This document shows, piece by piece, positions 34,801 to 47,835 of a stretch of DNA of 64,000 bases. Within the stretch, counting starts at the first letter, position 1, and the number at the start of each line of letters is the position of its first letter. The DNA comes from Cyanophora paradoxa CCMP329 (taxonomy: Eukaryota > Plantae > Glaucophyta). The notes under the pieces are model-generated. The model did no database searches. It was not told the DNA's origin and saw only the letters and a list, made by a program, of their open reading frames with translations. The stretch covers positions 248,001 through 312,000 of the forward strand of contig QPMI01000038.1 of the NCBI GenBank assembly GCA_004431415.1, given 5' to 3'. The translations under genes were made by a program, and so were the position numbers.

Positions 34801-36664
34801 GAGATCTCGAGTGAGCGCTCCAAGTCAGCATATATATAGCAATGAACTCATGATTATGGTCACCATCGCGCCGTCGGGTTGAAGGCCCAAGCTTCCCCTC
34901 GCGGCGTCCGCCACGCTATCGAGAACATAGCCCGTTGTGAGCCCGTCTCCTCCGAGGTAAACGTAATCGGGGCCTGATCATAAGAATGAATACAAACAGA
35001 TCTAGAGCAGAAGCGACGATTGATCGCGGATCGCCACAGAACTGCAGATTGCAGACCGATCATGCCAACAGCCTGAGCGCTCCTGTACATCGCTGAGTTG
35101 TCCTGATTATGCAGCCCCGTCCGACGGTCAGAAACAATGTTTCAGTCGACGTCTCGAAATGCATGCGCACAAGTCAAACGACGTACCGCAGAACTAAAGA
35201 TGACGATGACCCTGGCACCAGCATCCTTGAGTGTCAACAGCTGTCTGGTAATAAGCGCATCATCTGCAAGCGAGATTAGGTAACCTGCGGCGGATCTGGG
35301 ATCCGGAGTGTAAGAAGAGAGATATGAACCCGGAGAAAAGGACGCCCAAGCGAGGATCCGAAGCCCGATAATCTGTACAAGATGCGGTTGAAATTGGCAA
35401 ACAACACCATGTGATTGAGCTTGCGAGCACGAGGCAGAAATTATAATTAAAAGACCAAGTGCGACTCACCTGAGCTTCTTCCTGCATCTCTTTCGCCAAA
35501 GCTTGACCGTACGCCTGCAGAGGAAATTAGGATTCGAGGGACAACGGTTGCGCTGAGGATTTGGGGGGCGCCTCATCTGCGCTGAGCAGCCCGGCTGCCC
35601 GCCAGCCCAGAGCCAGAAGGAGCCTCGCCATCGCCCGCCCCTGCAGCGTGCTGCGCGCACGCAAGTACAGGTTAGGAGGCGGAAAACATGGAGTGTGCCG
35701 TCTGCAAGCTTTAAGCTTATAATTAGAGGAGGGGAAAAGAGAAAGAGCGCACTCCGATGGGGCCATCCGCGCGAACAGCCTGTACTGGTTCTGCGTGCAC
35801 AGGAATACGAAGGTTAATGTTTCGACCTTCAGCTTAAGCTTGTTTGCAGTGAGCTCGCGATCATGAACGGATGGATGGCGGACCTTGTCTGACAAGTCTG
35901 GGTTGGTCGCAGAGGGCGAGATGGAGACAACCTGATAATTCCCCAGAATAGTTGCGGTGGGTTTCGCCATTCGCGACGTGGAAGGGCCGAGAGCCGCGAT
36001 CGGGTCCGTCGAGAGAAGCTGAATTGCGGCCTGTGCGGCCGATGGACCTGTCGTTTCTGCAGCGACACGAAATGTGAGGAGGACGACTGCGATTGCAGAT
36101 GCTGGCCATGGGGAAGATTACCCGTGTCGTAGACCCGGTGTACGAGGCGGTGGTGGGGGAGGATATCGCTTCTGTTATTGATCAGGTCTGTACAGAACTG
36201 GAAGACACCCGCAAGCCGCGGGCCGAAGCCAGCAACATTCATAGGGAAAAGCCTGTTGCGGGTTGCGGAAGGGGTCAGAGATCCCTGGATTGAGGAAGCG
36301 CTAGCGGGCGGAGGTGATGCATTTAATAGGAGGGCAGGGCGCGCGGCTGCGGTCGGCAGGATGAGATAATATCGATATCGCACCCGCCAATGTTCAGCGT
36401 ATGTGGCCCTTTTGTAGTAGTAGGCTTTGGGTCGTATCTCGCCGCCGCTGCCGCCACTGCTGCTCCAAGAACCAATTGCAATGCAAGCGAACAGAAGAAA
36501 ACGGCCGCTGTCGTTGGCCGCTGTCGTCGGGGGCGCCGTCTGTGAATGCGAGCGCAAGTGACACCCTTGGTGAGCTGCAGCCGTCGAACTCGGTCATAAT
36601 CATGAGGTGCGCCCCGAGGCCTACGACTACGCGCGTGCGAGCGATCCACCGAGTCCATGCGCAT
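28814..36664 (-). CDS. Large receptor-like protein: ANF-receptor/Venus-flytrap domain + Cys-rich repeats + multi-pass membrane region
   Basis: Flytrap motifs INNRSDILP, ISPSATNPDLSDK, FARMAPSE and GITGPVELDKNGDR. Cys-rich CVSCPRGTFS, CIPCAPGTFS, CREGFVGTFCATC. Membrane-region motifs PLRWPE, FPMVAAKALDIFRC, GVP...RFG, GYQQRFYGWEAVQIWRK. Many short introns. Confidence 0.7.
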
Positions 36665-36865
36665 GATCGTCGTGCTGAGGCTGGAGAAGAAAGAGAGCTG
36701 GGAAAAGCTGTATTTGTTCTTACGAGGCGCGCGGTCGCGCGCGCCGGCGTTCTCCGCTGCAGCTCAGCGCGCTACAGCCGCTGAGCTAGCGCGCGGCACA
36801 GCGCGGCGACTTGCGGGGATATCGATTAGGCTGCAGCGCTACTAGGCTTGCTCGCTCAGCGGCTA

Positions 36866-37105
36866 CCGTGTAACACTAAATTAACAGCCCGATAATTAAC
36901 AGGCTATAAAATCTGGCCCGCCCTCAGGCGAAATAACAGAAAATTTAGACTTGTATGGGGCGATAATGCTGGGGGGTAGATTGTATGAGATGACTGAGCA
37001 GCAGCGAATTAGCAGAGTCACAAATTAACAGACTATGTCAAAATTTCGGTCTGTTAATTTGGGACTCTGCTAATTAAGTGAGTCCAGTACTTATGTGTTA
37101 CACGG
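36866..37105. mobile_element. Tc1/mariner-pogo type MITE (240 bp)
   Basis: TIR CCGTGTAACAC/GTGTTACACGG, flanked by TA at 36864-65 and 37106-07. AT-rich, non-coding. Confidence 0.85.
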
Positions 37106-38323
37106 TAGCGCTCCGCGGCTCGGCTGGCTGTACATGTGCGGCCGCGGCTGCGGCTGCTTAGCCTCCGAGGCTCTCTGCCGCAGTGCAGGCTGCAGGCTGC
37201 AGCTGCAGCCTGCATCATGGCATGCAGCCTGACTGTATGGCGACTTGACTCGGGAAAAGTTTGTATGGCGGAAATCGCGCCATAGAGCCGTAACTCGTAG
37301 CGCAGGTTGCAGGCTGCACTGCCCGGCCGCTGCAGCCGCTGAGCCTGCAGCTGCAGCCTGCATGCAGGCTGCAGCTGCCAGGCTGCTTACTAAGTACGTT
37401 ACTAGTACTACGGTTATAGCTCCTCGCCGCCGAGGGCCAGTGAGGCTCATCGCCACTCACTGGCAATATGTCGATCGCGATCGCGATCAGCGGGCTTGCC
37501 CACGGGCCACGTGCACCGTGGACCGTGGTCCGTGGGCCCGGTGGGCCGTGGCCCGTGGGCCCGTGGCACGTCACGGCGTACATGTACATGTACAGCGGCT
37601 CGTGCAGGCCCACTGCAGGCCCAGTGCAGCCTGGCAGGGGTGCCACCGTGGCCACGTGCACGGCCCGGCGGTGCCGCGCATGCCGCAGTGCGCACGGCGC
37701 GCAGTACGTATATATACAAGCAGGGGGGGCTCCGCCCCCCGCACCCCCCCCGCTTGCTAGCTGGCCAATCGGAATTGCTGGGTTTAATTGACCAATCACC
37801 AAGTCGCCCGAGTTTTAGACTGTAGCTTTTTGACTGGACTCGCCGTAGTAAGCGATTTCAACTCAACTGGGTACACTGTTACTTGAGCAGGTGTTCGGAC
37901 TTATATATATATACCATGCCCGGGTACACGAAAGCCCAATACTATGCAAGCTGGCAAAGCAGTGTTTTTTTCGACTGAATCTATCAGTCAGACAATTACA
38001 CCATTGGTGGGCAGTTTTGCTGGCAGGATTTTCCTTTTTTTTTCCTCTTCAAGCTCGCAGCTGCCGTAGTTCGGATGATCCCAAATGTGTTCAGAACTTA
38101 CCAGTGGCAGCCTCCGTTTTGCGAGTTTCAAATTCCCAGCCTGGGCCGGTAGTGAAGCGAACAGCTAGTAATATAAACTAGTTATACAGTTACAGGGCCA
38201 TATTACAGGCCCGCCGTACTTACGTACTACGTAGTACGTACTACGGTACTGCGCCGCCAGTCTGCGCGCCGTACCGCAGTACCAAATTAATTGGTCAAAA
38301 ACCGGCCGCGGATTTCAAAACCG

Positions 38324-41300
38324 GCGTCAAGGTGGTCTTAACTGCCCTGATATTCGTGCCTTTTCTCTGTCGCTAAAAATGAAGTGGGTGGCCTTGTTGG
38401 CCGACCCGTCCTGCTCGGCTCCTTGGAAGGAGTACCTCTTGAGCAAACTGGACGCTCAGCTGGCGCCCTTTTCCTACGGCCCCGCCCTTATCTCGCTTCG
38501 TCTCCCACTTGACGGTCTTGACTTGCCTTCTATTTGGAAGCAGACTTTCTCGGAGTGGTCTCAGCGCCAGGGCGTGTGTCAGCCTCATACCTCGCTCGAA
38601 GTTTTATCCCAACCTCTTTTCTTTAATCCCCTGTTCGATGCTCCGGGTGCCAAGGTCGACTGGAGTCGTTGTGCACGGTCTGGCTTGCTGCGAGTCTGCG
38701 ATATCTGGGATTGTACCACCCGGGGGTTCCGGGCTCCAGCAGCTGCCTCGTCCGCCCTCCATTCCTTTTTCCCTCGTCTGTGCTCCGCGCTCCCGGCAGC
38801 ATGGCGCCAGGTCCTTGAGGCCCCTGCCCGCCACCTCAGCATCTCTGGTGGTCTGGACCGGACGCCTCGGTTGCTCTCCTTCGGGCCCGAGCGGTACTTT
38901 TGTCGCCTTCCCCGTTCGCGATAACCAGATAATTCCACGGGTGCTGGATTACGTGCCGCGTGTTCCTTGCCGCCCTGCGGCTTCCCACCCTGTGGCCTAT
39001 CCTCTAATTCAATTCTATCTCGTTTGCTTCCGCTGCACGTTTGCTTTAGCGTTGTCTTTCTCTCTCTACGTCGCGGAACCCTGCCCGGTCTTTTTATTCT
39101 AGGAGCAGGCCCTCTGCCTTTCTTTCTCTTGATAATCTTGCGTTCACATTTGCTCGTATGCTCCCTCTCCGCCTCTCATCTGTTCGTCGCTTCTACTGCC
39201 TTGAGGTCCAGCGGCTTCGCGATGTGTCCAGCCACGCTCAGATGCCCGATGCTAAGTGGGGTTTCCCGGCGCCTTGTCTCCGTCCCGTCTTCCTCATCTT
39301 GTCGTCCTTCAGTGTTTCCCGATGCTTTGGATCGATGCTCTTTACCGTTTGCATTTCAAATTGTATCGTTTGGGCGAGCAACAGTCGCCTCGCCGTCGTT
39401 TCTGTCGGGTTTGTAATGACGGATCTGCTCGCTCTCACGCGCACGTTTTCTCTGAGTGCCCGCTTTCTCGTTCGTTCTGGGATTTCATTCGTGAGCGCCT
39501 GAATTTCTGGGCTTCTACTCTTCCACCGGAGGAGCGTGAAGAGGTCGCAGTGCCTGACCTCTCTCTCTTCCACATCCTCTCGGTTCCGGATTTATCTGGG
39601 CCCATTTTACGCAGTAAAGTTAACCCCGCCTTCTGCCTTCGCTCACTTGGAGCGATCCTTGCTGGCGTATTTTCCATCCAACAGGTTGCTCGCGCTCGGT
39701 GCGATCTTGAGGAGGCTGACATTGATGCACCTTCTTACAACCGCGCCGCGCTTGTTGCCGCCTGGGACAGAAATATGTCGTACCTAGAGTTCACCATCCC
39801 GCAGGCTTCGGCCTTGTTGGAGGAGCGGCGCGCTCGCTTGGCTGCTGCTGACGCTGATGATCAGGATGCCTCGGATGCTGACGCACATGATTCAGAGTCT
39901 GGTGCCGGTTCTCATCGTTCTAGTTCAAGCTCTGAATCTGACTCGCCCGACCCTCCTTCTTCGGGCGATGCTGACAACCTCGTCTCTTCGCGTGACATCG
40001 ATTCTGTCCTCCGGAATCCTGCGGAGTTTTCCGTTCGTGGGAATGTCCCGTTGGGGATCCCTGGTGGTCGCCCGCCTCCTGCGCCGTCCCCTCCTGCTCT
40101 GGCCCCTGTAGTGACCCTTGGGCCCGTTCCTATTCCTGCTCTCGCTGCCCCTCTCGACGCTCCTTTTCCCCCATTCCCTGCGGTCCCGATCCCTGTGCTC
40201 CTTGGCCCGCTGGCCCCGCCTCTACCTCCTCCCTCCTTACAACTTGCTGTCACGGGGCCTCTTCACTTGCCTGTTCCCCGGCAGGTCCCTGGTCATCTTG
40301 CAGCTCCGTACCCCTTCTTACCTCTTCCCCTTGCTCCTCCACTTCCGCCCCCGCGTGGCCCTCTTTCTGACGTCCTCCTGGTTCAGCCCCTCTTCAGCCC
40401 ATCCTTCTTGCCCCCGCTTCTGCAACTGTGACGCCGGGCGGCACTATCTTTTTGCATGCCCCTCCCGCCATTACGTCCCGGTCTCTTTGCGTCTGCATCC
40501 ACTTTCCCGGGTCCGCTTGCAGGCCCCTCGCCTCCAGAGCTCGCCATCACTTCGGCCTCCCTCGCCTCCGCTCTCGATTCTCCATACCCTTCGAATAGCC
40601 GCCTTCTCTCTCCTCCTCCGCCCTCCCTCCCCCCTCGAGCTCCGGTCCTCGGCCTCTGCTCCGCTTCCGAGTGTTGGCGAGACTGTCCTCTTTTCGGTCT
40701 CCCCGTCATTCCGGCTCCCTGCTCCCCTTCGGCGCCTCGGGTCCCATCTGCGGGTCCTCTCCCGCTTCCTGGCGCTCGTGAGATTCGCCGCCGGCGCCCT
40801 CGTCAGGCCCTTGCGCACTCGAGCTCGTCTCTCTCTGCGCCGCCCATGACCCCGTGTCATCTGATCCGGCGCCACCTGACCTTTCTCCTGCTTCGCTGCC
40901 CTCTCTTCGGCGCCGGCAGCGATCCCCGTCACCTGTTCGCGGCCCTTCCCCTGCCTCCGGATCCGACCCTTCCTCGGCTCCCTCCTCGCCTCTTCCGTCT
41001 CGTAGGCCTCCGCCGCGTTCCCGTCGGCGGATCTCTCGATCGACCCTGGACTCTCCGCCTGCCACTGTCTGCGGGGTACCTCCGCCACCGTGTTCGGCGC
41101 CGGCTGTCAGTACTTTGCTCGGTAGCTCCCCGTCGTGGCTCCTCGGGGCCTCTTCGTCGTCGTCGTTCGCTGGGTTCCGGCTCCGGGTCAGATTTCTCGC
41201 CGGGCTTACCTTCTAGATCTCCTGGCTCTGCTCCTGGGCCCTCAGCTCCGGGACCGGCTTCCCCGATCTCCTCCCGGACTCGTGGTCGTACCCGTCGCCG

Positions 41301-42062
41301 GCTTGCCGTGCCTGCGTCTCCTTCTACTTCCCTCCGGCGGTTTGCCGGGCCGGACCCTCCGGCCTTTGTTCTTGATACCGGACCGCCGCCTTTGCCTTCG
41401 TCTTCTGCTTCGCTGGTCGTATCCCGCCGGCGCCGGCGTACTTCGTCTTATAGTTTAGTTCGGTCTAGTTCGGATTCTGATCGTAGTGTTGATGCTAGAG
41501 TTAGTTTCAATACTAGCTATAGTCCTCGTGCTCGACCTGTTGTTCGCCGTCGTTTGCAGTTCGACTGCCCGCCTCGACCCGGCCGGCTTTAGTGATTCCT
41601 TTGACTGTCCTTTTGCCTGCTCTTGATCCGCCTGCTCCGCCTCCTGTGTCCTCCTCGACCTCGTGCCGTAGCTCTGCCCTTTCGCGTCGTCCTGCTTCGC
41701 CTCCGCCTCCGCGTCGTCTTGTTGTTCCTCTTACTTGTCTGCTTCCTGTTATTTATCTTTCTCAAATTTGTCCTCCGCTTCTTAGTGATGTAATTCCTTC
41801 CGATATTGATGGTATCTCTAGCTCTGGCTCTTCTTCGTGTCAGTCATCCTCTGTCCCTAGATCTGCTCGATTTATCGTCTCTTCTCGATCTGTCTCGCGC
41901 TCCGTGTCTTTTCTTTTTTATTGTCGATTTTGGCTCTTTGTCTTATCTTTCTTCGTGCTCTTGTCTTAGTTATTTTGCTTTTTTGTCTTCATGCCCCCTG
42001 GGCAGCCCCCGCAGTGCTGGTGTCTAGAGACTGTGGCCGGTAATTTACCAAAAAAAAAAAAA
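38324..42062 (+). mobile_element. 5'-truncated L1/Tx1-like non-LTR retrotransposon (ORF2 C-terminal part, disrupted)
   Basis: Begins RQGGLNCPDIRAFSLSLKMKW (post-RT motif). zf-RVT-like CRVC...HVFSECPLSRSFW. Poly(A) tail. TSD atttcaaaaccg at 38312-38323 and 42063-42074. Confidence 0.88.
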
Positions 42063-42436
42063 ATTTCAAAACCGAGGGGAAATTGGTCAAAAACCGGATT
42101 TCGGCCGTGTTCGGGAACTTCGGGTCGACCGGTAAAAAAAACGAGCTGTGCATGCGCATGCAGCGCTAGCGCGCGGCCAGTCAAAGCGGTAGCGATGATC
42201 GGCCAATGATCGGCGATGACCATCCGTGATTGGCCAATGACCTTCATAAAACATTTCGGCCAATTGCAATGCGCACTTTCGGGCAATATTTTCTGTACCC
42301 CTCAAGGCCAGGCGTACCCTCGAGGCTCGAGCTCCGAGCCTCCGTCGGCCCTCCGACCCTAAGCCTCGATCGATCCGCCGGCGGCGCGCGCCGCGGCCGG
42401 GCCGATTCCTCAATGCACATGAATCCATGGCCATTG

Positions 42437-42462
42437 TTTTTGGTGAATTACCGGCCACAGTC
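42437..42462 (-). repeat. Tiny 3'-terminal fragment of the same retrotransposon
   Basis: tttttggtgaattaccggccacagtc is identical to the element terminus at about 28259-28284. Confidence 0.6.
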
Positions 42463-43097
42463 GAGTCTGAGTCGACGTCTAATCCGATCCCCCAATTTTC
42501 TTTTTTTGGTGATTGTTTTCTTTTTCTTTTTTGCCAAATTTTTCTTTGTTTTGGTGATCATGAATTGCCGCCGAATTGCCGGCCTTAACTTGCCAAAGCC
42601 TAGGCTAGGCCTCCCGCGCGCGGGGGGGCGCCGGGCCGGGGGCGTACAAACATACAGTATGACAGAAGGCGTACTACGTATACGGTAGAATTCGAAGACA
42701 CGAGCTAATCATTGAATTATAATACGTGCACAAGAATATACTGAAGAAAACCAGAACACTCATGCAGCTGCAGAATTCGCGTTTGTCGCGATCGTCGGCC
42801 GCGGGTTCCCGTACGCGTCTTGACTTCTCGAACTTTTGAGCTCCTAGCTATATATACCGTACATCCGGAAGCAGATTCTGTCCTTGGATCTGCAAGAGAG
42901 TGGCAGCGAAATCTCGTTCGATCGGCTACACACCCTCAGCCTCGCGATCGAGCTCAACCGAGTTCCCCGACCGTCAGACCCTCCGATTCCCCCCGTCACA
43001 GCTGCAGGGCCCCGTGGCCGTGCACGTGGCCGTGGCTACAATATGCATAACGGACCCCCCCCCCAACCCCCCCCCCCCCCCACCCCCGGCCCCCCCC

Positions 43098-43130
<33 letters not shown>

Positions 43131-43901
43131 CCCGGCCGGCCCCCCCAATTGCAAGCGTACGGCCCCCTACTAGGCTACGCGTACGATCGCGAGCCCTTGG
43201 CCTAACTTAGCTATAGTAAAGATCTATAGCTCAGGCCCCGCTATAGCTAGCTATAGGGCAGCCAATTGCAAGGCAGGCTGCCTCGGTTCGAGTCCTGCTA
43301 GCGCTGGCGCCCGTCACGACGTTCCCTGCCACGGTCCTCGCGCATTGTAGCAAGTCACTAGCAACCTATTAGCTAGCAGCATGTTAGACTGATCATGAGC
43401 GCTAGCTGGGCGATGCTAGCTCAACTGGCGCCTTCCAACCCAGCGCGCGGCTATAGCTAGCGCCAGCTCGCACTATAGCTATAGCTAGCTATAGCTAGAG
43501 CTCGAGGTGCACAGAACACGTACATGGTGCGAGGCACCGGTACCCCCCCCCGGAGGGGGCCGGGGCCGGCGCGGGGGTCGCCGGATTCGGAGCATATCAA
43601 GCGGACTCTCCGGGAGACTCAAATCAGGCGGAGAAGTTCGCCCGTATGCGTTTCGCCTCTTTCTCCCCCCAAGCTTCAAGCTTAAGGCCCCTCCGGATCC
43701 ACGCCTCCCCCAGTCGCTGTCTTTCCCGTCGCCCCTCTCAATTAAGCTCGGGGGCCCGGGCTTGGGCAGCCCTTCCTCCTCCTTAACCGGGGGGGCGCAT
43801 GCCGGAGAGCATGGCGAGGAGGGCGGGGGGCACGGGCATCGCCCCGGGCGGGAAGGCCCTCCGCCGTTCCGGGATCTGCGTGCGCGCGCGGGACGGCGCT
43901 C

Positions 43902-46463
43902 TTAGTCCGGCCGGCGGGTGTGCGCCGAATTAAAGCCCAGCACCTGGACGAGCCAGCCCGGGAGCAGGGCGTAGAGCCGCTCGGCGGCCGCCGCGCTGGC
44001 CGCGCCCGCGGCCGCCGTGACGCAGAACTTGCGCCCCTTGGCGGCGAGGCGCCCCAGGGGCGCGAAGGCCTCGGCGTCCTCCGGCTTGAGGGGCCCGCAG
44101 GTGCGGCCGCCCGTCGTGAGCCGCACGAAGGCGAGGCGGGAGCAGCCGGCGAGGGCCGCCACCTCCGCGGCGCTCTGGCGCGGCTGCAGATCGCAGCGGT
44201 CGTAGTGGACGAGGGCGCGGCGGACGGCGTCGAGGGCGAGGAAGCGGGCGAGGGCGGCGGCGAGCGCCGCGGGGCCCGTCCCGTCGCTGCACGTCTCGCA
44301 GATGCACGACGTCGGCACCACCTGGATCGAATCTCAGCCCCGCCCGGATCAAATCTCGGCCTCGAGGGCGGCGGGCACCACAAGGGAGAGCTCGCGGAGG
44401 CCCCAGGGGGCGGCCAGCTGGTCGGCGAGGCGCCCGAAGAAGCCGGCCTGCTCGCGCCCCGCGCAGCCGTCCACGGTGAGGAAGAGAGTCTGGAGGCGCG
44501 GGAAGGCGGCGGGGTACGCCCAGCTGGCCGAGCAGCCGGCGACCCGCAGCCGCAGCGACAGGTGCTCCAGCTGCGAACATAGGAGCCGCGTCGGCCGCGG
44601 ACCGCGCGCGCAGAGCGCCGCGCGCCGCGCCGCGCGGCACCTGGCTGAGGCTGCCGAGGGCGGCCCAGGTGGCCGGCTCCCCGCTGTCCACCTCGACCTC
44701 CAGCCGCCGGAGCGAGGCCTGCCCCGCCGCCGATCGGTCTCAGCGGCGGCTAGCCGGGCCCGTGGGGGCGGGCGGGGGGCACCATCGCGCGGAGCGGCTC
44801 GAACTGCCCCTCGAAGTCGATGGAGCCCTCCTGCGGGCCCCGTGAGGAAGGGAGGAGGAGGGCAGGGGCTGGCGGGCGGGCGGGGGCGGACCGCCTCGCG
44901 GATCTCGAGGTGGGAGAGGGCCGAGTCGGGCCTCAGACCCCGCACGAGGCCCGCCAGGGCCCCCTCCGCCAGCTCCCGGCACCGCAGCGCTGCAGCTCGA
45001 GTCAGCTTTGTTTGTTTCTCCTCTTCGTCTCCTTCTGGGAGCACCGAGGACGCGGAGGGTGCGGATGCCGCCGACGGTCTCGAGGGGGTCGGCCTCCACG
45101 CTGTTCCCGCCCCACTCCACGTCCAGCTCCTGAGGCGCGAGGTGAGGCGAGGGGGGGTGGGCGGAAGGGGGGGGGGGTGGGGAAGGGGGGGGGACAGGGG
45201 GGGCGAGGGAGGAGAAAGAAAGGGGTGCAACGGGGGAATCAAAGCTTATAGAGGGGTAGGGGTGGGGAGGTGGGTGAGGGTGGGAGGGGGCGTGCCGCGG
45301 CGGCGCGAGGTGAGGCGAGGAGAGGGGAAGCTGAGCTTAGACTCTGAGAGAAGGGGGGTGGGGGGGGGGGGGGGGGGGGGGCACCTCGAGGTGGGGGAAG
45401 CCCTCAGCGAGGGCCTCCGCGATGGACTCCAGCGCCGGGCCCTCCGCCTCCTCCTCCTCGCCCTGCGCCCCCGGCCCGTGAGGCGCCCGCGGAGCGCGCG
45501 CCCTCTAATCTGAAATCTGCACCGAGCTCATCTGAACTGATCTGAATCTAGACGAGGCGGGGGCGCACGTCGGCGTCGTCGAAGGCCTCGCGGAAGTCGC
45601 CGGCGGAGGCGAACTTGAGGGAGGTGAGGTTCGGGGCGGCGCGGGCGATCCCCCGAACGAACTCCGGCTCCATCGAGCAGTAGTGCGCGAGGTTCAGGCG
45701 CCGCAGCGCCGGGAGCTTCCGTAGCTCCGCCAGGAACTCCCGCTCCAGGCGCCCCGCTGAGCGCGCGCGCGTTTGCCCCCGGTCAACTCGAGCTCGAGCT
45801 GAGGCGAGCAAGGGGCGGACTGGGCGGGGGCGTCTGGGCGACGGCGTCGTGCGCGTTGAGCGCGTCCACGTCGAGCATGAACTCGAAGGTCGCGAGCGTG
45901 GCGCCCGACGAGGCGGCGGCGGCCCGCAGCAGCGCCGCCGCGTACTGGTGCCGCCCCCGCAGCGCGCGCTCCGTCGGGCGCGGCGGGAAGCCGTCGGTGT
46001 AGCCGCCGGCGGAGACGTCGCCGTGGCGGATGGCGACGTGCTTGAGGCCCGGGAGGGCGGCGACGAGGGCGGGCACGAGGTCGCGCTTGGGGCAGAGCGC
46101 GGCCGCCTGCACGAAGAGGCTCTGCACGCGCACGTGGCCCCGCCGCGCCCGCTTCGTCCACCCGGCGATGTCCCGCACGACGTCCTCCCCCGTCTGGGCC
46201 CGCAGGCTCCCGCCGGGGAACGTGAGCCGCTCCCACTCGTTGGCGATGAGCATGGCCCGGATGCGCTTGCTGATGCCGCGGGCGCACTTCCACGAGTCGT
46301 GCAGGCCGACGAACGTGAGGATGCGCTGGATCACGTTGTCTGGCAAAAGTTCCAGTTGCGAGGCGCCCACGGCCGCGGCGAGCTGCGAGCCCGAGCCCGA
46401 GCTCTCCTCTTCATTCGCGGGCTTGGATCGCTTCGCCGGCTGATTGCCTTTCTTCGGGCCCAT
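43902..46463 (-). CDS. F-box/LRR-like protein (spliced)
   Basis: QLELLPDNVIQRILTFV F-box. LRRs LPALRRLNLAHYC, APNLTSLKF and FPRLQTLFL. Confidence 0.7.
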
Positions 46464-47126
46464 CGTCGAGTGCCGCTGCTTCGTTTGACAGGGGGGCGGT
46501 AACTGCCGGTAACCGCCGCCGGTACCGATAAGCTAACTGCCGCGCCAGTGCGACTGCGTACGCGCACCACCCGCGGCTGGGAAACGCGGCTTGAAGCTCC
46601 GCGAGTTCGCCGTACCCCAGCCCTTCCCGGCCGCGAAATTCGGCGGAAATTCGATCGGCCGCAAATTCCGCGACGGGCCGGGGTTGCAAACTTACAGTTG
46701 CAAGCTAGCTGAATTCACGTTTCTTTACGAGGTCCCCTAGCTAGGCTATAATGCACGCATGAAATTAAAGCGCGCAAAGTGCTCGACTGGCAAGGGGGCC
46801 AGGGGCTCTGGCTCAGGCCGCCGAGCACTGGCCATGGCCCCATACGCCGAGCTCGGGGCCGGCGGTGGCGGGGAGGACTCCAGCAGCTGGCCGAGGGTGT
46901 TGCGGCAGATCCGGGGCGGAAGACGCCGCCGGCGCCGTCGGAGGGCGGCGGCGGATGGAGCGCTGCCGACGCCTGTAGCTGCGGGGTGCTCGGTGCAGCC
47001 GCCGTTGATGACACCGAATTGCTGGCCACGGTCTCCGCGTCTGCGGACCAACGGGGATGCCGCGGCGGAGAGGCGTGGCCAAGGATCGTTCGCGCGGGCC
47101 GGCGCCGCGTGCGACCGCACTGAGGC

Positions 47127-47835
47127 TCAGCTGACGCGGCACTTCATCATTCGCTCGAAGTCCCGGTAGCCGACGCGCCCGTCCATGTCTGCGCGCCGCG
47201 CTTAGCCGGGCGAGGGGAGAGGACCGCGCGGCCCCCGACCCCGCGCACCCGTGTCGACCTCCGCGAAGGCCTCGGCGATGGCAGACTCGGGGATCGAGCT
47301 CGCGACGCTCTTGAAGACCCGCTTCAAATCCTCCGCTGTGATGAAGCCGCGGCCTGCAGAAGCCTGAGAGGCCGCGCCGAGCAGCGGGCGGCGCGCGGAG
47401 CTCGAGCGCACGGCCGACGTCCATCGCCTCGAAGATCTGCCGGATCTCGATGTCCCGGTCCTGCAGGGCGAGCCGGTCCGCCATGATCCGCTCGAACAGC
47501 TCCTGTGGCACGCCTACTGCTGCCGCCGAGAAGCGAGTCGGCTCTCGTTTCAAATTCTTGAGCGCGGCGCGTGTGCACCGCTCCTGCCGTCTTCGTTCTT
47601 TGGAAGGATGCGGTCCAGCTCTATCTTCGTGGGCTTGAAGCCCAGGAGCGCGATCATGGCGAGCTGCGCGGCGGTCAGCCGAGGTTCAGCGCGCTGAGCT
47701 GCGGGCGCCTCGGACCTTGAGCTCGGCCCTGATCAAGTATCCCTTGCCGCCCGTATCGTACGCCTTGAACGTGTCCACGATGTCGCGCCGCGTCTCATCG
47801 TCTACTACGAGCCGCGGGCCCCAGCCGCCGAGCAT
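47127..47835 (-). CDS. EFCAB11: EF-hand calcium-binding domain protein 11-like
   Basis: FKAYDTGGKGYL..ELK|LAMIALLGFKPTKIELD...EIRQIFEAMD..RGFITAEDLKRVF...EAFAEVD.DMDGRVGYRDFE matches the EFCAB11 pattern. Confidence 0.85.

Noticed and set aside
28253-42062. A 14-kb transposon or Polinton bounded by ~490-bp terminal inverted repeats
   Set aside because: The two arms are independent poly(A)-tailed retrotransposon copies, each with its own different TSD.
43050-43146. Poly-proline protein or functional G-quadruplex locus
   Set aside because: C/G homopolymer tracts recur in introns and intergenic DNA (about 10140, 18370, 19100, 45360) and may include sequencing noise.
43284-43296. tRNA gene at the GGTTCGAGTCC B-box
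   Set aside because: It is an isolated motif with no cloverleaf or A-box.
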